Virus record (IMG/VR): IMGVR_UViG_3300031132_000335 | DNA: 64,000 nt | Reading direction: 5' to 3' (one strand) | From: an uncultured virus (IMG/VR IMGVR_UViG_3300031132_000335) | Taxonomy: Duplodnaviria > Heunggongvirae > Uroviricota > Caudoviricetes | Shown here: piece after piece, positions 59,353 through 64,000 of the stretch | Numbering within the stretch: the stretch's first letter is position 1 | Layout: every line of letters starts with the position of its first letter | Program-made: the position numbers and the translations under genes | The notes under the pieces: generated by a model | What the model was told of the DNA's origin: nothing | Databases searched by the model: none | The model's input: the letters and a program-made list of their open reading frames with translations, nothing else

Positions 59353-59547
59353 ATGTCATTTGAACCAGCAGTTGAGAAGCTTCCAACGGGAGCCATCGTT
59401 ATCATTTCAGGTGAGTATCAACCAGTTGATGAGCGTGGGAATGAGACAGAAGCCCACACCACATTTTTCGGGTTCGGGGAGACTACTCCTCAGCTTGGAC
59501 ACACAGCAGAGTGGAAGCTTGCGGAGGCTTTTGACTTTGCCGCCTAA
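59353..59547 (+). CDS. hypothetical protein
   Basis: SD AAGGAGG. Confidence 0.6.
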   Translation: MSFEPAVEKLPTGAIVIISGEYQPVDERGNETEAHTTFFGFGETTPQLGHTAEWKLAEAFDFAA

Positions 59548-59627
59548 TCCTTAGGGCGTATGGAGTAGCGAGAACGAAAATGAGGGGCGAACCAGAATCA
59601 AATGGTTCGCCCCTCATTTTTTTGTAT

Positions 59628-60179
59628 TCAGGAGTGGTACAAGAATGCTACCTTGTAGCGGTCGTGAATTGCATTCGGCTTCGGACGGGAAGTGCGCACT
59701 TTGAAAGAATTCGTAGTATCCACGCTCGTCGGAACATAGAAAATCAACTCGGAGTCATCGCACCCAAGACGAAGCAGCTCCTGGGTAAGGGCGCGCTCCA
59801 CATTCGGCAGAGCATTATTCGCCCATTCCAGACCAAAGTAACGCGTCGCGTTGTTACGAGTTGAGGAAATTGCTGCGATGTCTTCCTCTGACAGTTCTAC
59901 CGAAACCTCATGAACGGTGACAATGGTGTCTTCATCTCGGCATACTCGGAGAACAATGCTCTGACCATCAGCCAGCAGAGTACTTTCATGGCGACCAACG
60001 TAATGCTGAGCCTGCTCAGCAGTCATCAGATTCTCAGGTCCGTTCACGGCTCCTGAGCGCTCATCTTCGTACACAGTGGAAGACTTTTCCCACTGCTTTA
60101 CCGCATCTTCCAGAGCATAGCTGCGCATGTAGTGATGCGGTTGATGCTGAATTGTCATTTCGACAGGGTACAAGCTCAT
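59628..60179 (-). CDS. hypothetical protein
   Basis: SD AAGGAGAG. Confidence 0.65.
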   Translation of the reverse strand: MSLYPVEMTIQHQPHHYMRSYALEDAVKQWEKSSTVYEDERSGAVNGPENLMTAEQAQHYVGRHESTLLADGQSIVLRVCRDEDTIVTVHEVSVELSEEDIAAISSTRNNATRYFGLEWANNALPNVERALTQELLRLGCDDSELIFYVPTSVDTTNSFKVRTSRPKPNAIHDRYKVAFLYHS

Positions 60180-60291
60180 GAAGCTCTCCTTTTCTCTCAG
60201 CTGCTACAGTAGCAAGAGCCTCTGACATTCCCTAACTTGTCTCAATTCTGAGACGGAATGCGAAAGTGTCTCAGAATTGAGACGAAACCTA

Positions 60292-60696
60292 TCAATAGAG
60301 GGTTTCGTAGCTATACGTTTCAATGTCATCAGCAGGCGTTCCATACAGTTTCTGAACCTTCTTGCAAGCTTCATCACCGTTCTCAGCTGCAATGTAGCGC
60401 CAAATTGAGTCTTCCCCTAGCACTAAGAACATTGTCATGTGTTCCAAAGGTGCAGGGACTTCTGACTCCACGATGGAAGCTTTGAGAACTTCCTCAATGG
60501 CTCGCTCTGTGGTCATACCATAATCCAGGTATGCATCCATGAATCTGTCTACGTCAACAAGGGCGTAGCGCTTTGGCTTCTCATTCAGATTGAGACGCTC
60601 TTCCAACTGCTGAGCAAGGTCGTTCTGTCCCATGTCTCGCAGGCGTTCTGCCATCGCCTGAGCTTCCTGCTTATCCGTTGCGTCCCGAGCCATCAT
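60292..60696 (-). CDS. hypothetical protein
   Basis: Start overlaps the upstream stop. Confidence 0.65.
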   Translation of the reverse strand: MMARDATDKQEAQAMAERLRDMGQNDLAQQLEERLNLNEKPKRYALVDVDRFMDAYLDYGMTTERAIEEVLKASIVESEVPAPLEHMTMFLVLGEDSIWRYIAAENGDEACKKVQKLYGTPADDIETYSYETLY

Positions 60697-61151
60697 GCAC
60701 GCTCCTGAATGAAACGCTCAGCGCACACCATGACCGTTTGAGCCTTCAACCCGAACTGAGTCAGAGTGTAGCTATCACTCTCCGCATAATGTGCCAGCTC
60801 TTGGATGGAGGAGAAGACGTTTAGCGCGTCCAGAGCTTTATCGCCCAGGTCAGCGATTTCCAGAAGATGGAACTCAAACTCAGGGTTGTGGTTGACCATC
60901 TCTAATGCGACCTGAGCCACCTCAGGATGCTTAGCCAGAACCTGATTCGTAGTGCCAAGGTACTGCTGGAAGGCAGCGGGAAGAGTCACGAAGTCAGGAC
61001 GAGCCTTAACAAGATTTTTTGCGTCAGCATGCAGATTTGAGACGAGCCAGTGGAACTCTTTGTCCTCCTGGATTGCGGAGAAAAGCTCAGCAAGGCTAGC
61101 TGTTGATTGATCGGAAGCAGACATAAAAATCCTTACATTTGATGATTGCAA
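60693..61151 (-). CDS. hypothetical protein
   Basis: SD GAGGAG, TTG start. Confidence 0.6.
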   Translation of the reverse strand: MQSSNVRIFMSASDQSTASLAELFSAIQEDKEFHWLVSNLHADAKNLVKARPDFVTLPAAFQQYLGTTNQVLAKHPEVAQVALEMVNHNPEFEFHLLEIADLGDKALDALNVFSSIQELAHYAESDSYTLTQFGLKAQTVMVCAERFIQERA

Positions 61152-61218
61152 TATCGCTCCTCATCATAACACATCTGCTGGGAAAAGACAACCTTGCTTG
61201 CCACGTTAGGAATCCCTC

Positions 61219-62211
61219 ATGACCAACATGCACATTGCACTCCGCGGCCCACGTAAAGATGAGTGGGTATCTTGTGACGCAAAGAAGCGTTGCCGAAACA
61301 GCCGGCTACATGTTACTCCTGAACAACTCCACGCTATTCAAGCATGGAAAGGCAGCAACACAGCAATCACTGAAAGCGATGTTCTCCATTACACGAAAGA
61401 ACTCAACTCTGGCGACCCTATTACCTTGATCGAAGCTGGACGAGCTCATCAGGAACGTGAGCGCCGGTTGCAGGAAATCCAGAAGCAGTTCCTCCCAGTT
61501 CAAAAAGTTCGTGAGAGTACCGCCCGTCAAGTTACAGCGGAGCAAGCTTCTGCTTGGGTGAACTCGCTCACTGAGGAGGAGAAGGAGGCTCTGACGGATT
61601 TCAGCCGGTGGGACTCAAACGAGACGAACCTCTACTTCTACAAAGACGATTTCCGTGAAGCGTTCGACAGTTATAACCTGCTTGCATACCCCGGTGCATA
61701 CACCTCAAAGTCTGAACCGGAGCAAATGAAGTTGATGAGAGCGTACCGTCAAAAACTTCTAGACCGTGTAGCTCATATGGATGCAGCTCTAGGTAAAGAG
61801 ACCCCATTCTCCGATGGTGTCCTGTTGTACCGAGGAGATGATGTCCCGTACACAGAAAATGAGAGTAAAGACATGCTGGAAGTCATTCGTGCAGCGTATC
61901 CGATTGGTTCCACCTACTCCCGTAGTTCATTCATGTCCACTTCATCCAATCCAGTAGTTGCTGGAGAGTTCGCTCGGTCGTTTGTGTTTGAGATTCTCAC
62001 TGACCGAGGCGGACCTATCCAGGATTTAGCTCATGTGCAACGAGAAGAGGAAGTCATCCTCCCTCGTAATGAAGAGTACGAAGTTGTAGCTGTGCACCCA
62101 AACGTAAAGTACCGCGACACTCAGTACAATTGGCGTGTGGAGACGATGGTGGAAAAAGACATCAAAGAGTACACAGTCGTGCAGTTGGTGTCCAAGCGAC
62201 TCCTGCCTTGA
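61219..62211 (+). CDS. HCCH module + VIP2-like ADP-ribosyltransferase
   Basis: MHIALRG...SCDAKKRCRNSRLH; LTEEEKEAL, LYRG, FMSTS, REEEVILPR. Confidence 0.85.
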   Translation: MTNMHIALRGPRKDEWVSCDAKKRCRNSRLHVTPEQLHAIQAWKGSNTAITESDVLHYTKELNSGDPITLIEAGRAHQERERRLQEIQKQFLPVQKVRESTARQVTAEQASAWVNSLTEEEKEALTDFSRWDSNETNLYFYKDDFREAFDSYNLLAYPGAYTSKSEPEQMKLMRAYRQKLLDRVAHMDAALGKETPFSDGVLLYRGDDVPYTENESKDMLEVIRAAYPIGSTYSRSSFMSTSSNPVVAGEFARSFVFEILTDRGGPIQDLAHVQREEEVILPRNEEYEVVAVHPNVKYRDTQYNWRVETMVEKDIKEYTVVQLVSKRLLP

Positions 62212-62250
62212 ATCATGATAAGATGATGTCTGCATTTTGAACAGACGGAG

Positions 62251-62484
62251 ATGATGATGGCACTATGTGATGCTTGGTATGCAGTTACTGCTCATGCAGG
62301 TGGAAGTGACCTTGTTCAGTGTGTGAAACCGATGAGCCATGAAGAACTGGTGGAAGGTAAGCACTACTCTCGTACTGAGATTGCACGAAAGAAGTCCCAC
62401 CTTTGGGTTTCACGAGATGGCACAGATAGAGAAAGCTGGTCTGAGTCTGAGACGCATTCTCATCGTGAGCCGTTGCCTTCTTGA
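62251..62484 (+). CDS. hypothetical protein
   Basis: SD GGAG. Confidence 0.5.
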   Translation: MMMALCDAWYAVTAHAGGSDLVQCVKPMSHEELVEGKHYSRTEIARKKSHLWVSRDGTDRESWSESETHSHREPLPS

Positions 62485-62538
62485 CGGAGGTAACCAAATA
62501 TGCTATGATATTGACATCACATCTATGAGGAGAAAATC

Positions 62539-62742
62539 ATGGTTATCGTCTACATCATTCTAGCGCTTTCCGTTCCTGCCATCGCTTATTACGTCCACTT
62601 GGCTTCTATTGCAGCTTCTGAGAGCAAAGTGAAGGTTGCTGAATTGCAGACTCAGGCAGCTCGGGAGCAGGCAGCTGCTGACCTGGCGCGAGCAGAGGCT
62701 GATAAAATGAAGGTGGAAGAGATGCGCTTGCAGCGTCTCTGA
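62539..62742 (+). CDS. small membrane-anchored coiled-coil protein
   Basis: SD GAGGAG; N-terminal TM. Confidence 0.65.
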   Translation: MVIVYIILALSVPAIAYYVHLASIAASESKVKVAELQTQAAREQAAADLARAEADKMKVEEMRLQRL

Positions 62743-62819
62743 GATGAAGAGCGTAGGGCAGGTAAACTTTTGAACATGAAAGTTTGCCTGCCTTTTCATT
62801 TGAGCTGATATACTTTGTA

Positions 62820-62975
62820 ATGGCGGGTCAACATTCGCCTGTCTTAGATGCTGCTTCTCCTACGCAGGAATCGCATCGCTAAGAGCAAGGTCTTCCACTC
62901 AGATCGTGTTGATAAGTTCAACCTTCATGACAGAGTACACATGGTTGGGCGTAGGGCAATCATGGCAGGAAAATC
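62820..62975 (+). promoter_or_regulatory. structured 5' leader (putative pseudoknot)
   Basis: TATACT -10 upstream; stem TCTTAGATGC/GCATCGCTAAGA with loop CCTACGC complementary to GCGTAGG near the SD. Confidence 0.45.
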
Positions 62976-64000
62976 ATGACGAAAAATACGAACAAGAAAA
63001 AGCGTGTCCGCAAGCAGATGGAACGCTCACAGACGAATTACCTTTCAGCAGCTCGGGTCTTACAGCAGAAAAGCCCTACGAAGCGGGTTCCCACTCCTTG
63101 GAGTCTCCTCAACAAGAGTCTACTTGGTGGTGGGCTAACAGTTGGTGTGCATGCTATCTCTATGCCAGAGGAACTGCATGGGAAGATGACCCGTGAAGCT
63201 TTTGACCAAAGAGCAATAAATGTACTTTTCTTGGAAACGGGCTACGAATACCGGGACAAGGAAAGCTATCAGAACTTTACAGGGTCTTCACGCTATGTGC
63301 AGGCTCTCAAAGATAACCCTTCTGGTAAAGCCAAAAACATCACTACGCATTACGGCTTTGAGACAATTGATATTCCTCTGGATGAATGGAGCAAGAACAT
63401 AGAGGCCGAACTTGTGAACATGGCTCCTCGTCTGCTCGTCATTAGCAGCCGAAGCTATGAAGGCATTAACCAGGACCATGGAGCTGTCACCCAAGTTTAC
63501 ATTGAGCAGTTGAAGCGTATCTCTCACCGATTTCAAATTCCAGTTGTCGTTGTCTACGGCACTAATGCTGAAAAATATACGGTGGAAGATATCTCTCAGG
63601 AATCACTAAATTCTTCTATCATCGGTATTCCTGATGAGAATGAGACGCAAGTTGTCGCAGCGTTTGAAGTCGTCTCGAATAACGAACCAGTAGTTGCTAC
63701 CCCTTGGGATAGTTTGAATACACTATTGAAAGGCGGTTATCGCGCTGGGTTCCATACCTTGACTTTGACAGAAGAGCAGCGACTCGGAGCCGTACGGGCA
63801 CTTCAAGACAACAAAGAAGTTCGCGTTCTACTTGTCTCAGACTGGAAAGACAACCAGTATTTATCCATGTCCCTGGCAACCAGAGGAGAACAAGAGCAGC
63901 TGTGGATTCATAAGCCCCAAAACCACAAGTACCCTGTACTAGACGAGTGGGTTGACAACCTTGTTGCTGACTTCAAAGTCTATGAACCAGACATACTGGT
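62976..64000 (+). CDS. partial ORF with tandem degenerate RecA/DnaB/KaiC-like domains (not in ORF track)
   Basis: Open to the window end; VPTPWSLLNKSLLGGGL and VATPWDSLNTLLKGGY; LKRISHRFQIPVVVV; no Walker A. Confidence 0.65.
   Translation, partial: MTKNTNKKKRVRKQMERSQTNYLSAARVLQQKSPTKRVPTPWSLLNKSLLGGGLTVGVHAISMPEELHGKMTREAFDQRAINVLFLETGYEYRDKESYQNFTGSSRYVQALKDNPSGKAKNITTHYGFETIDIPLDEWSKNIEAELVNMAPRLLVISSRSYEGINQDHGAVTQVYIEQLKRISHRFQIPVVVVYGTNAEKYTVEDISQESLNSSIIGIPDENETQVVAAFEVVSNNEPVVATPWDSLNTLLKGGYRAGFHTLTLTEEQRLGAVRALQDNKEVRVLLVSDWKDNQYLSMSLATRGEQEQLWIHKPQNHKYPVLDEWVDNLVADFKVYEPDIL

Noticed and set aside
739..59620. Classical integron attC cassette array
   Set aside because: The hairpins lack consistent RYYYAAC/GTTRRRY ends and extrahelical bases; no integrase in the window; genes carry their own promoters.

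Overview
Gene-dense, moderately GC-rich accessory region of a large actinobacterial extrachromosomal element: a jumbo phage or a megaplasmid, probably of a Microbacteriaceae host (inferred from the TyrRS N-terminus and actinobacterial-style leaderless genes). No virion, replication-core, integrase or transposase genes are visible, so phage versus plasmid cannot be settled here. There are about 110 mostly short genes, many as one-gene units with their own sigma70-type promoter and a long bidirectional hairpin. Recognisable products: TyrRS, tRNA-Leu(CAA), two RNase HI-domain paralogs, an Arr-like and two VIP2-like ADP-ribosyltransferases (ARTs), three Zn-ribbon/ART-like paralogs, an RNA ligase (DUF5565-like), a metallophosphoesterase, YitT, a TPM-domain protein, a ParA/CpaE-like ATPase, a GNAT, a pilin-like protein, and HTH and RHH regulators. 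Top candidates for new biology: (1) a shared ~35-aa His-Cys-Cys-His N-terminal module fused to four different cargoes (two ARTs, an RNA ligase, one unknown), suggesting a polymorphic effector system; (2) a strand-polarised AAAAGAC intergenic motif; (3) GATC depleted from coding sequence but kept in promoters; (4) three candidate structured RNAs. All family calls come from motif recognition by eye and all counts are hand counts; no database searches were run.
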